Source of the DNA: Candidatus Limnocylindrales bacterium | GTDB taxonomy: Bacteria; Chloroflexota; Limnocylindria; Limnocylindrales; CSP1-4 | Assembly (NCBI GenBank): GCA_049521175.1 | Contig: JBEKPB010000003.1 | Location: 6,704-70,703, forward strand | Length of the DNA: 64,000 nucleotides | Direction of reading: 5' to 3' | Part shown: one piece after another, positions 43,803-52,072 of the stretch | Position numbering within the stretch: the first letter of the stretch is position 1 | Layout of the letters: each line of letters starts with the position of its first letter | Notes under the pieces: generated by a model | What the model saw: only the letters and a program-made list of their open reading frames with translations | The model's database searches: none | Told to the model about the DNA's origin: nothing | Program-made: the position numbers and the translations under genes

Positions 43803-44891
43803 ATGGACTTCCTCTGGTCGGATCTCCTCATCCTTCTGCTTATGCTGCCGCTCATGGTGGCCGTATACATCCTGGGTTTGCGCCGGCGGCGCCCGGAGGG
43901 CGTCCGCTATTCGAGCTTGTCCCTGGTCCGCGTCGCGGCGCCGGGCGCGTCGCGGCTGCGGCGGCATCTGCCGTTTGCACTGTTCATCGCCGCGCTCGGT
44001 GCCGCGGTCGTCGCGCTCGCGCGCCCGGTGGCGGTCGTTGCCGTGCCCACGAACCAGACGACGATCATCCTGACGATCGACGTCTCGGGCAGCATGTGTT
44101 CGTCCGACGTCCCGCCCAGCCGTCTCGAGGCCGCCGAAGCCGCCGCGGCCAAATTCATCGACCACCAGGCGTCCTCGACGCGCATCGGGATAGTCGCCTT
44201 CAGCACCTTCGCCGAGCTGGTCCAGGCGCCGACGAACGACAAGCCGACGCTTCTGGCCGCGCTGCAAACCCTCGCCACAGGGCGGCGGACCGCAATCGGC
44301 GACGGCATCCTGGCCTCGATCGACGCCATCGCCGGGGTCGACCCGCTCGTGGCCATGAGCCAGACCGACACGTCGACAGGCACCGCGCCGACGCCGGTGC
44401 CCAAGGGCGATTACGCTCCCGACATCGTCGTCCTGCTCACGGACGGGGCGAGCAACACCGGCACGCCACCGCTCGACGCGGCCCAGCAGGCAGCCGACCG
44501 CGGCGTCCGGATCTACACGATCGGCTTCGGTACCGCGAACGGCGGCAGCCTGAGCCCGACTTGCGCGCCGCAATTCCAGGGTCGCGAACCGGGCGGTGGG
44601 TTTGGCGGAGGCGGGTTCGGCGGTGGTGGTGGTGGCGCCGGCGCCGGCGGAGGTGGGAACTTCCCGCGCGGGATCGACGAGGCCACACTAAAGCAGATCG
44701 CGGCCATGACGGGCGGGACGTACCACCCGGCCACTACCGCAGACGAGCTCCAGAGTGTCTTCGACAACCTCCCGATCAATCTGATCGTCGAGCATCAGAC
44801 GATGGAGGTCAGCGCCGTGTTCGTCGGCTTCGGAGGGTTGCTCGCCGGTCTCGCGATCCTCCTGAGCAAAGCCTGGCGTCCGCTGCCGTAA
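43803..44891 (+). CDS. VWA-domain protein, BatB-like, with a Gly-rich insert
   Basis: MIDAS DVSGSMCSSD; GGGFGGGGFGGGGGGAGAGGGG low-complexity loop; terminal TM. Confidence 0.8.
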   Translation: MDFLWSDLLILLLMLPLMVAVYILGLRRRRPEGVRYSSLSLVRVAAPGASRLRRHLPFALFIAALGAAVVALARPVAVVAVPTNQTTIILTIDVSGSMCSSDVPPSRLEAAEAAAAKFIDHQASSTRIGIVAFSTFAELVQAPTNDKPTLLAALQTLATGRRTAIGDGILASIDAIAGVDPLVAMSQTDTSTGTAPTPVPKGDYAPDIVVLLTDGASNTGTPPLDAAQQAADRGVRIYTIGFGTANGGSLSPTCAPQFQGREPGGGFGGGGFGGGGGGAGAGGGGNFPRGIDEATLKQIAAMTGGTYHPATTADELQSVFDNLPINLIVEHQTMEVSAVFVGFGGLLAGLAILLSKAWRPLP

Positions 44892-45014
44892 GGTCGGGCC
44901 GCCAAATCGCGGGCCGGCTGCCGCCGTCGTAACCGAGTCGAAAGGAACGGTGGCTAATCCTGTAGCTCGGAACTTAACAATGCGTCCCCGCAGAACCCGC
45001 TACAGGAGACACTC

Positions 45015-45281
45015 ATGCGAAACCCCAGGCTCACCGTGGCGATCGCCGGAACGATCGTCGCCGGCGGAGCGCTCCTCATCCTGGCGTTCGGCGCCGCGTC
45101 GGCCTTCGCCGCGTCGGCCTTCGCCGCGTCGCCGTCCCCGTCCGTAGCCCCGGCTGCCACGGCCGCCGCAACGCCGGCCGCATCGACCGGCACGAGCAAG
45201 GTCGTGACCGGGGATCCCTCAACCAGCACGAGACCGTCAGCGACGAGTCCGTGGTGGCCGGCGTCATCGGCATCTCCGTGA
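45015..45281 (+). CDS. Small secreted Ala/Pro/Ser/Thr-rich protein (may be the signal-peptide part of a frameshifted longer gene)
   Basis: ATG with AGGAG RBS. Signal peptide with repeated AASAFAAS, then a low-complexity tail. Confidence 0.35.
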   Translation: MRNPRLTVAIAGTIVAGGALLILAFGAASAFAASAFAASPSPSVAPAATAAATPAASTGTSKVVTGDPSTSTRPSATSPWWPASSASP

Positions 45282-45553
45282 CCGAGCTCGACGCCGACCT
45301 GGCGAAGGGCCAGACGATCGCCGCGATCGCCACGGCTCACAACGTCGCTCCCCAGAAGGTCATCGACGCCCTGGTCACCGACGGGCTCAACGAGCTCTCC
45401 GCCCAGGTCAAGGCCGGAACGATCACCCAGGCACAGGCCGACGCCCAGAAGGCGGCGGTCACGCAGCGGGCGACCGATCAGGTCAACGGCACGTTCACCG
45501 GCGGACGCGGCGGGCCGGGCGGCGCTGGCTGCCCCGGCGGCTCCAACCACTAA
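45251..45553 (+). CDS. Hypothetical helical protein (possible continuation of 45015 ORF in another frame)
   Basis: GTG-started ORF encoding ...TELDADLAKGQTIAAIATAHNV...AQADAQKAAVTQRATDQ; no signal peptide of its own. It overlaps the end of the previous ORF by 31 nt. Confidence 0.3.
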   Translation: MVAGVIGISVTELDADLAKGQTIAAIATAHNVAPQKVIDALVTDGLNELSAQVKAGTITQAQADAQKAAVTQRATDQVNGTFTGGRGGPGGAGCPGGSNH

Positions 45554-45628
45554 CTCCCCTCCGTGAACCGAAGGCGGCGGGCTCGAGCCCGCCGCCTTTC
45601 GCGTTCTGTGGCAGGCCGGTCGACAAGC

Positions 45629-45913
45629 TCAGGCTGAGGTCGCGGTCCGCTGCTGCCGTTGCTCCCACCGGGCACGGGCACGCTGGTACTCCACTCCCCG
45701 ATCGTGAGGCGCGGCCGTGGCAACCAGCGAGTCGAGCAGCGCCTGAGTCGAGGATTCGATGGCCTCGACCGCCCGATCGAAGGCTTCCTGGTTGACTCTC
45801 GAAGGCTTTGCCATGCCGCTGACCTTTCGGACGTACTGGAGCGCTGCGGCTCGCACCTCGTCAGCGGTGGTGGGCGGCTCGAAGTTGTGAAGGGTGTGGA
45901 TCGATCGGCACAT
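45629..45913 (-). CDS. DUF2277-family protein
   Basis: N-terminal MCRSIHTLHNFEPPTTADEVRAAALQYVRKVSG matches the conserved start of DUF2277 proteins; assigned from memory of the family. Confidence 0.5.
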   Translation of the reverse strand: MCRSIHTLHNFEPPTTADEVRAAALQYVRKVSGMAKPSRVNQEAFDRAVEAIESSTQALLDSLVATAAPHDRGVEYQRARARWEQRQQRTATSA

Positions 45914-45975
45914 CGTTGTGGCCTCGTCGCGGTCAACTGCGGTTCACGATAGCGCCGCGACCTGTGGACGCGGTA

Positions 45976-47184
45976 TCAGACCGCCCAGGCGACGTGCCAG
46001 ACGCGCCATAGCGCGGTGGGGTCCGAGAGCGGGTCGCCGTGGACGAGGCTGAAGTCGGCCGGGCCACCCTCGTGGATGACCCCGGCCTCCGGTTCGGAGA
46101 GCAGCTCTCCGCCTCGCCACGTGGCCGCGCCGAGCGCCTCCCAGGGTTCGAGCCCGACGACCACCAGGCACTCCACTTCCCAGGCCAGCTGGTTTGCCCG
46201 GGTCGACCCGCCGCCGAAGTCGGTACCGGTGGCGATCGCCACGCCAGCCGCGTGCGCCAGCCTGACGCTCTCCTCGGCCCGCTCCTGTCGGGCAAGTATC
46301 CGAGCTCGTCCCTCGGCCGAGGCGAAGCGCGGGATCGACGTCGTCTCGCCGAAGCCCTGCCACGACCGGAATATCGCCAGCGTGGAGACGAGCGTCGTAC
46401 CTTGCCGGGCCATCGCCGCCACCACTTCTGCGTCGAGCTCCATTCCATGCTCGAGAGAGTCGACTCCGGCCGCGACGCCTTCCCGTGCACCGGCCAGGGT
46501 GCCGGAGTGGGCCGTCACCTTGACACCGCGGGCATGGGCGGCGGCGATCACCGGAGCGATCTCGTCGCGAGTCCAGGGCGAGACGCCCGGCTCGGGCCCG
46601 TCCAAGTAGAGCTTGAGGAAATCCGCCCCTTCATCGAGCTGGCCGATCGCGAGTGTCAGCAGCTCGTCCGGAGTTTCAGCCTCGACGGCGCGCGGTCCAG
46701 GCATCGTTCCGGCACGATCCAGCCAGGTGCCCGCGGCCCTGACATACGGGAAGCCGGAGCGGCCGCGCCATCGGTCCCGAACTCCGAGGCTCAGCGCGCG
46801 GAGCTGCCCGTCGACTGGGTCCGCTACCCTGGGCGCTCCTACGTCACGCGCCCAGCGGACGCCGGCCTGAGTCATGAGCCGCCCGTTGTGCTCGGCCACC
46901 GCCAGCAGCCGCTCGGCCGCGTCGTCGATCCGGGCGATCCAATGCGTGCCACCGGGTAGCGTCAAGTGGCTATGGCAGTCCACCATCCCTGGCACGAACG
47001 TCGAGCCGCTCGCGTCGATGATCTCGACGTCCATCGCTCCGCCGGCGTCGGGCTGCGGGCCTTCGTCGTCGCTCGGCCGGATCCACTCGATGACGCCGTC
47101 GACCACGAGGATGCTGACGCCCAACCGCAGCCGGTCGGATCGGCCATCCGCCAGTGCCCCATCGCGATACAGGGTCGCGGTCAT
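45976..47184 (-). CDS. Amidohydrolase-family protein
   Basis: Metal-binding HSH near the N-terminus (MVDCHSHLTLPGG) and downstream His/Asp typical of the amidohydrolase TIM barrel. Confidence 0.8.
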   Translation of the reverse strand: MTATLYRDGALADGRSDRLRLGVSILVVDGVIEWIRPSDDEGPQPDAGGAMDVEIIDASGSTFVPGMVDCHSHLTLPGGTHWIARIDDAAERLLAVAEHNGRLMTQAGVRWARDVGAPRVADPVDGQLRALSLGVRDRWRGRSGFPYVRAAGTWLDRAGTMPGPRAVEAETPDELLTLAIGQLDEGADFLKLYLDGPEPGVSPWTRDEIAPVIAAAHARGVKVTAHSGTLAGAREGVAAGVDSLEHGMELDAEVVAAMARQGTTLVSTLAIFRSWQGFGETTSIPRFASAEGRARILARQERAEESVRLAHAAGVAIATGTDFGGGSTRANQLAWEVECLVVVGLEPWEALGAATWRGGELLSEPEAGVIHEGGPADFSLVHGDPLSDPTALWRVWHVAWAV

Positions 47185-47317
47185 GCATCGATGCTAGCGC
47201 TGATCGGTCAGTTCGGCCGCGGGTTCCCGATTCAACCGCCTAGATTGCTCGCCGGAATCGAGGCCCCGACCACCTCGCGACGGCACGCCATGGAACGCTG
47301 GCGCGCCGTGGCATCGG

Positions 47318-47360
47318 GTCGGGGCGAGAGGATTAGAGGCCGAGATAACAAGCTAACCGC
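47318..47360 (+). repeat. Direct repeat copy A (GTCGGGGCGAGAGGATTAGAGGCCGAGATAACAAGCTA...)
   Basis: About 35/40 identity to copy B at 49568..49610 in the same orientation; downstream of the CpaF-RidA gene and upstream of the amidohydrolase gene. Confidence 0.5.
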
Positions 47361-47531
47361 CAGAGCCGATGCGCTCTCAGCTTGCGGAGGATGCTGGGCA
47401 AGTCGCGCATGACGAGATCTGCGCCGTCGTCGCCAGCGGTCCGCCAGGCGACGAGGCACGTCGGCTGGTCTGGATTCGCCGAAGACAGCGTCTAGGCAAG
47501 GGGGCTTGAGGCCTCAACCACCCCAGCGGGC

Positions 47532-49307
47532 CTATGCCTCGGCGATCACCCCGATCGAGATCCGGAAACCGGCCCGCCGTTGCAGCGGCGGCATCAGCGT
47601 CCCTTGACCAACCGGCGCGTCACCCGGGAACCAGCGCACCCATTCTTCGTTGAACTCGTCGAACTCTGCCGGGTCGCGCAATGACCAGGCTGCCCAGACG
47701 ACCTTGTCCAGCGAGCTTCCCTCAGCCTCAAGTCTCGCCTTGATGTTGCGCAGGCATTGGCTCGTCTGCGGCTTGATCCCTCCGTCGACGACGTGACCAG
47801 TGTCAGGATCGACGGGTCCCATCGACGATACGTAAACCATGCCTCCGGCCTTGACCGCCCGGCCGTAGCCGATGGAGGGTCGGGATGCATCTGGCGGCTG
47901 AAACGTCTCCCGGGCGGCACGCCTCCGCTTGTCGTGGCGCGCCGGGCCCGGTCGCGTGGGGTCTTCGGCAGGAATCCCGAATTCCCCGGGCGGCAGTGTG
48001 ACCCCGGCTTCCTTGAACCTTGTCATGAAGGTCGGCCGGATCCCGGTCGGCTTGAGCATCCCTTCGATGCGTCCGTCTCGAACGCCGGTCTGCTCGAATA
48101 CGAAGATGTCCTGGGTGAGGATGTTGTCTTCTTCGATCCCGTAGACCTCGGTGATGTTGACGATCTTGCGAGAGCCATCCCTGAGACGGGCCGTATGGAC
48201 GATCAGGTCGACGGCCGAGCTGATCTGCTCGCGGATCGATCGTAGCGGCAGCCGATAGCCAGCCATGAGGATCATCGTCTCCAGCCGGCGGAGCATGTCC
48301 GGCGGGCTGTTCGAATGCCCTGTGGACAGCGAGCCGTCCTGGCCCACCGTCATGGCCTGGATCATGTCCAGAGCCTCGCCAGAGCGGCACTCTCCGACGA
48401 TGATCCGGTCGGGCCTCATATGCAGGGCGTTGCGCAACAGATCGCGGATTGTGATCTCGCCCTCGCCCTCGAGATTTGAAGGCCGGGCCTCCAGCGTGAC
48501 CAGATGCTCCTGGTGGAGCTGCAGTTCGGCTGCGTCCTCGATGGTGATGATCCGCTGATCCTCGGGGATGAATGATGAGAGGACATTGAGAGTGGTTGTC
48601 TTGCCGGAACCGGTGCCGCCCGACACGAAGATGTTCAGGCGGGCTTCCACGCAGGCTCGCAGGAAGTCGAACATCTCGGGCGTGGCGGTGCCGAAGCGGA
48701 TCAGGTCGTCGACGGTGAACGGCTTGGCGGAGAACTTCCGGATGGTGATGACCGGTCCGACGACAGATAGCGGCTCGATGATCGCATTGACCCGCGAGCC
48801 GTCGGGCAGGCGGGCGTCAACCCGCGGGCTCGACTCGTCGATACGCCGACCGATCGGGGCGATGATCCGATCGATGATGCGCATGACGTGGTCGTCGTTC
48901 CGGAAGACGACGTTGGTGAGCTCGAGGCGGCCGTTGCGCTCGATGTACACCTGGTGCGGGCCGTTGACCATGATCTCCGTGATCGTGTCGTCGCGGAGGA
49001 GCTCCTCGAGCGGTCCGAGGCCCCTCGCTTCCGCGATCACGTCCTCGATCAGGCGCAGACGTTCATCCCGCGTCATAGCGAACCCGTCCACGGCGATGAT
49101 GCGGTCGACGATCGCCTCGACCTTGCCGTTGACGTCAGTCGCATCGGCGTCTAGTAGCGTGTCGTAGGCTCTGACGACTTCGTCCTGGAGGCGAGCCCTG
49201 ATGTTGGTCAGCGAATCCGACCGAGCTGCACGAACGAGTCCGACTGCGCCGGGACTCGGGGTGTCGGCCCCCTGCTGCACCCGCTCAATTCGCCGAAGCA
49301 GGGACAT
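47532..49307 (-). CDS. CpaF/TadA-type type II/IV secretion-system ATPase translationally fused to a C-terminal RidA/YjgF-family domain
   Basis: Trimmed to ATG at codon 66 (MSLLRRIERV...) with GGGAGG RBS. T2SSE/CpaF signature (Walker A GGTGSGKTT, Asp and His boxes, RPDRIIVGECR). A continuous reading frame then runs through an ~25-aa linker into an ~115-aa domain matching RidA (YGRAVKAGGMVYVSSMGPVDPDTGHVV...QCLRNIKARLEAEG...FRISIGVIAEA), with no in-frame start codon between. Confidence 0.75.
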   Translation of the reverse strand: MSLLRRIERVQQGADTPSPGAVGLVRAARSDSLTNIRARLQDEVVRAYDTLLDADATDVNGKVEAIVDRIIAVDGFAMTRDERLRLIEDVIAEARGLGPLEELLRDDTITEIMVNGPHQVYIERNGRLELTNVVFRNDDHVMRIIDRIIAPIGRRIDESSPRVDARLPDGSRVNAIIEPLSVVGPVITIRKFSAKPFTVDDLIRFGTATPEMFDFLRACVEARLNIFVSGGTGSGKTTTLNVLSSFIPEDQRIITIEDAAELQLHQEHLVTLEARPSNLEGEGEITIRDLLRNALHMRPDRIIVGECRSGEALDMIQAMTVGQDGSLSTGHSNSPPDMLRRLETMILMAGYRLPLRSIREQISSAVDLIVHTARLRDGSRKIVNITEVYGIEEDNILTQDIFVFEQTGVRDGRIEGMLKPTGIRPTFMTRFKEAGVTLPPGEFGIPAEDPTRPGPARHDKRRRAARETFQPPDASRPSIGYGRAVKAGGMVYVSSMGPVDPDTGHVVDGGIKPQTSQCLRNIKARLEAEGSSLDKVVWAAWSLRDPAEFDEFNEEWVRWFPGDAPVGQGTLMPPLQRRAGFRISIGVIAEA

Positions 49308-49567
49308 GACCCACGCCTCCCGCAAGCTCGTGACATACGGCAAGACGCTGGTGATTCTAGCCCTGGCAAGAGCATGACGCGGCTCAGCCGCGTCGTATCC
49401 GCCCGTTGCGCAGAATGCCTCCGGCCGCCACCGCACAAGCAGACTCTGGCGATGGCCGACGAGATGCTCGGATGGCTGCACGAACTCAAGGTGAAGCTCC
49501 ACCCGAGCGCGTCAGTGAGGGCTCAAGGGTGGGCGGAAGCCTGGACTGGTGCTCGATTAGTTGTTGT

Positions 49568-49610
49568 GGTCGGGCGAGAGGACTAGGACCGAGATAACGA
49601 GCTATGCGTC
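49568..49610 (+). repeat. Direct repeat copy B (GTCGGGCGAGAGGACTAGGACCGAGATAACGAGCTA...)
   Basis: Matches copy A at 47318; about 260 nt upstream of the CpaF-RidA start. Confidence 0.5.
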
Positions 49611-49648
49611 GAGGTCGCGAGCAACGGCGCTCTGACGCGTTCCTGGCC

Positions 49649-50020
49649 TCACGACCTGAGGTAGATCGCCCTTCGCTCGCACTCATCGGCGAGGACGCCG
49701 AGACGGCCGACGAGCTCTGCTTCGGCCGCAACCGCGTCCCCTCGGTGCTCCGTTGCCAACGCCCCTCGGGAGGCCGAGATGCTCCCGACCTCAGTCTGAG
49801 CTCTGCTCGCGAAGCCCAAGTCCTCGCGCGCATCGTCCAACTTCCGTTCGGGGTAGTACCTCGTCCACCGCGAAAGCTCCGCGAAGTCCACCTCATCTCG
49901 CGCGTCTCGCCACCGGATCGAGTGCCGTTTTATGACGTCGGCAGCAGCGGCAGCAAGGTCTGCGGCGGCAAGGCGCGCCCGTTCCTCCGCAGCATCGAAG
50001 TCCTGAGTCATTGTCTCCAC
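49649..50020 (-). CDS. Hypothetical acidic protein
   Basis: 123-aa ORF with protein-like D/E/A/R-rich composition and no motif; the opposite-strand ORF looks less protein-like. Confidence 0.3.
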   Translation of the reverse strand: METMTQDFDAAEERARLAAADLAAAAADVIKRHSIRWRDARDEVDFAELSRWTRYYPERKLDDAREDLGFASRAQTEVGSISASRGALATEHRGDAVAAEAELVGRLGVLADECERRAIYLRS

Positions 50021-50174
50021 CTCATCGCCCAGTCGACTCTCCTGGCGGCGTCAACGTTCGCTTGAGGTCGGCCGCCCGTCAAGGGGAGCAGCTCCCACGC
50101 CCACTCCGGCCGTCCCCAGCCACGAAGGTCTGTAGCGGCTCACTCTCGGGCCCCGCCACGCCGAGCCGACCCGG

Positions 50175-51473
50175 CTAGCGCGGTTTAGCTCGCTCCGCAT
50201 TGAGCCGCAACTCGTGCGCCGGTGGTAGGGACCGGAAGGCGCGGTAGAGCAACAGGTCGTAGCCGATCTTGAGGCCGCCCGCCAGCAGGAACGGCAGTGC
50301 GGCGAGACTGGCCGCGCCGAACAAAGGCGCCGCGATTAGCGGCGATGCCGACGCGCCAAGGGTTCGAGCGATGCCGGTGACGCCGGCCGCAGCCGAGCGC
50401 TCGTCGGGGTCGACGACCGCCATCGTGTAGGCCTGGCGAGTCGGCACGTCCATCTGACTGATCGAGAAGCGGACCAGGAGGACGGCGATCGCGAGCGGCA
50501 GCGTGGGCATCAGCGGGATCGCCGCGAGCAGCACGTTGGACGGGAGGTGTGTGAAGACCATCGTCCGGACAAGGCCGATCCGGTCGGCGATCCGGGCGGC
50601 GGCAAGCGCGGAAAGGCCCGCGAGCAGGTTGGCGCCGAAGAGCGCGCCGCCGACCACGGCCACGTCTGCGCCGAACCGCAGGTGGAACCAGTAGGCGACC
50701 AGACTCTGCACGACCAGGCCCCCGGCGAAGGCATCGATCACGAAGAGCGCCGAAAGCCGGGCCACGATGCCACGCGATCGATGCAGCCCGAGCCGCCGCG
50801 CGATCGAGACGTCGGCCGGCGCCGCGACCTCGACGAGCGGCGAGACCCGCCCGAACAACGCCGCCAGCAGAAGGCCGAGGCATGCATAGATGACGATGAC
50901 GAACCGATAGGCGTCGATCGTTGACCAACCGGCGGCCATCAGCCCCCCGGCGACGCCGCCCCCGACCAGGGCGCCCGCCGCGGTCGCGAACGAGCCGGTC
51001 AGGTTGAACCAGGCAAAGACCCGCGTTCGGGCCCGATCGCCGACCGTCTGCGACAGCGACGCCTGCTCGACCGCCAGAAATGGCCCGACCTCGTTGCCGC
51101 TCGGGCTTATGACGCCGATCGTCGCGGCGAGCACCAGCACCGGCAAGAAGCTCGTCGAGGCGAACCCGACTCCCGCCAGGCACATGAGCACCGACCCGAC
51201 CAGCAGGACGCGGCGCCGACCAACCCGGTCTGCGTGCGTGGTCAGCCACAGCGAGATCGCCGCGTCGCCGAGAAGCGTCAGCGACAGGAGAAGTCCGATC
51301 GCCCAATCCGGCAACCCGAGGGCGGCCAGGTACAGCACGAGCACCACCGACGCCAGGCCGTAGCCGAACATCCGCACGCCTCGGGTCGCGAAGAGGAGCC
51401 GTCCGTCGCGACCCAGCCCTCCACTCGACTCTGCGATGGTCGTCACCGACTCGCAGTGACCTCGCGCTCGCAC
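50175..51473 (-). CDS. MFS transporter
   Basis: 12 TM helices; the start may be the internal ATG (MFGYGLA..., about 51371) because the listed start overlaps the upstream gene by 31 nt. Confidence 0.75.
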   Translation of the reverse strand: MRARGHCESVTTIAESSGGLGRDGRLLFATRGVRMFGYGLASVVLVLYLAALGLPDWAIGLLLSLTLLGDAAISLWLTTHADRVGRRRVLLVGSVLMCLAGVGFASTSFLPVLVLAATIGVISPSGNEVGPFLAVEQASLSQTVGDRARTRVFAWFNLTGSFATAAGALVGGGVAGGLMAAGWSTIDAYRFVIVIYACLGLLLAALFGRVSPLVEVAAPADVSIARRLGLHRSRGIVARLSALFVIDAFAGGLVVQSLVAYWFHLRFGADVAVVGGALFGANLLAGLSALAAARIADRIGLVRTMVFTHLPSNVLLAAIPLMPTLPLAIAVLLVRFSISQMDVPTRQAYTMAVVDPDERSAAAGVTGIARTLGASASPLIAAPLFGAASLAALPFLLAGGLKIGYDLLLYRAFRSLPPAHELRLNAERAKPR

Positions 51474-51883
51474 CAGGCGTAGAGAGCGTCGTAGATCGGG
51501 AGCTCTCGAGAGAGGATCTGCTGATCAGGCAGGCCGAGAAGCGCGAAGCCGTCGGCTATCGCGAGCAGCCCGCGCGATTCCGGAGTGGCCTCACGATCCT
51601 CGGAGACGTCCGCACCGTGGACGATTCGCCCCATCAACGCTAGAGCCGGGTCCCCGCCCAGACCGTATTCCTCGATCAGGACCTCGAAGGAGCACAGCCC
51701 GTCGCGATGGGTGTATCGGGCGCCCTTCGCGTCGAAGCTGATCGCGCCGGTCAGCTCGGCGTATGGCAGCACGTCGGCCGCCGGGACGTAGACGATCTCG
51801 GCGTCGATATCGATGAACTTCCGGATCAGCCACGGGCAGGCCACCCGGTCCGTGTGTGGATGCTCGCGCGTGACCCATTCCAT
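51443..51883 (-). CDS. ChrB C-terminal-domain (chromate-resistance-type) protein
   Basis: TDRVACPWLIRKFIDIDAEIVYVPA...CSFEVLIEEYGLGGDPALALMGRIVHGADV resembles the conserved ChrB C-terminal domain. Confidence 0.55.
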   Translation of the reverse strand: MEWVTREHPHTDRVACPWLIRKFIDIDAEIVYVPAADVLPYAELTGAISFDAKGARYTHRDGLCSFEVLIEEYGLGGDPALALMGRIVHGADVSEDREATPESRGLLAIADGFALLGLPDQQILSRELPIYDALYAWCEREVTASR

Positions 51884-52072
51884 TTGCGGCCTCCCCTTTT
51901 CGTGCGCGATCTCACGCCCAGCGTAAGGGCTGGCTCGGTTCGCTGCCTACTCGTCTTTCGAGCGGCGCCCGGCCGGGCGCGGGACAATCAGCCGGCGGGA
52001 AGGCTGGCCGAATGGGACAAGAGACGGTCGACCGGACTACCTGGCCAGGCGGTCGAGGCAGGGACCGAACCG

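Noticed and set aside
47532-49307. A Tad/Flp pilus or type II secretion locus around the CpaF-like ATPase.
   Set aside because: No TadB/TadC-type membrane proteins, CpaB/CpaC/CpaE homologues, prepilin peptidase or short Flp-pilin-like ORFs were seen within about 15 kb; the ATPase is an orphan.
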